From: a virus
Taxonomy: Duplodnaviria; Caudoviricetes
IMG/VR virus record: IMGVR_UViG_3300017780_001066
Span: 1-25,063 of that record
DNA length: 25,063 nucleotides
Direction: 5' to 3' (one strand)
Shown piece after piece: positions 24,864 to 25,063 of the stretch; position 1 is the stretch's first letter, and each line of letters begins with the position of its first letter. The notes under the pieces were generated by a model, which was not told where the DNA came from, searched no databases, and saw only the letters and a program-made list of their open reading frames with translations. The translations under genes and the position numbers were made by a program.

Positions 24864-25063
24864 ATGAATATTTTTATTAGTGGAGATGCAGGATTTGTTG
24901 GCTCCCATTTCAGAAAATTTTTGTTAGAAGCAGGACATCGGGTTCAAGGATGTGACATAAAATATGGTGAAAATGTTTTAGACTGGTTTGGTTCTTCTAA
25001 TGACATTGATTTGTTTATTCATTGTGCTGCTAACGTCGGAGGAAGATTAGCAATAGATAAGTC
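24864..25063 (+). CDS. NAD-dependent epimerase/dehydratase (extended SDR), 3'-truncated
   Basis: AAGGGA SD. MNIFISGDAGFVGSHF...V.GCD...DLFIHCAANVGG contains the GxxGxxG Rossmann motif and the H.AA motif of nucleotide-sugar epimerases. Confidence 0.9.
   Translation, partial: MNIFISGDAGFVGSHFRKFLLEAGHRVQGCDIKYGENVLDWFGSSNDIDLFIHCAANVGGRLAIDK

Noticed and set aside
1033-24908. Numerous short minus-strand and alternate-frame ORFs rich in Leu/Val or Pro/Ala
   Set aside because: They are expected by-products of the T-ending codon bias and Gly/Ala repeats, and all overlap better-supported + strand genes.
1-25063. Stop-codon reassignment (alternative genetic code)
   Set aside because: TAA, TAG and TGA all end genes at coupled junctions, and coding density is near complete under the standard bacterial code.

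Overview
The window is a gene-dense segment of a dsDNA tailed phage (Caudoviricetes) genome, with all credible genes on the + strand. It has podovirus-like architecture: no tape measure, tail tube or sheath gene is visible. The host is probably an actinobacterium, inferred from the lysis cassette and family motifs, and the genes resemble those of uncultured freshwater actinophages. Gene order is: terminase C-terminus, portal, two small ORFs, a 1950-aa putative internal virion/ejection protein plus three mid-size ORFs, a sigma70-type promoter with a structured ~150-nt leader, scaffold, major capsid, terminator, five basic proteins, a collagen/His-repeat fibre, head-tail adaptor, nozzle-like tail protein, a fibre/glycine-rich receptor-binding cassette, holin, membrane protein, amidase endolysin, metallophosphoesterase, DUF6378-like protein, small acidic and Zn-finger proteins, and a truncated NAD-dependent epimerase. 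Several real-looking small ORFs are missing from the supplied track, and several starts need correcting. The most interesting candidates are (i) a multi-hairpin leader RNA whose last loop can pair with the scaffold ribosome-binding site, (ii) five Lys/Arg-rich proteins after the capsid gene, two of which carry a recurring (G/S/A)xE-GPK motif, and (iii) protein-identical but synonymously scrambled 153-bp fibre repeats. All family assignments come from motif recognition and gene context, not database searches.
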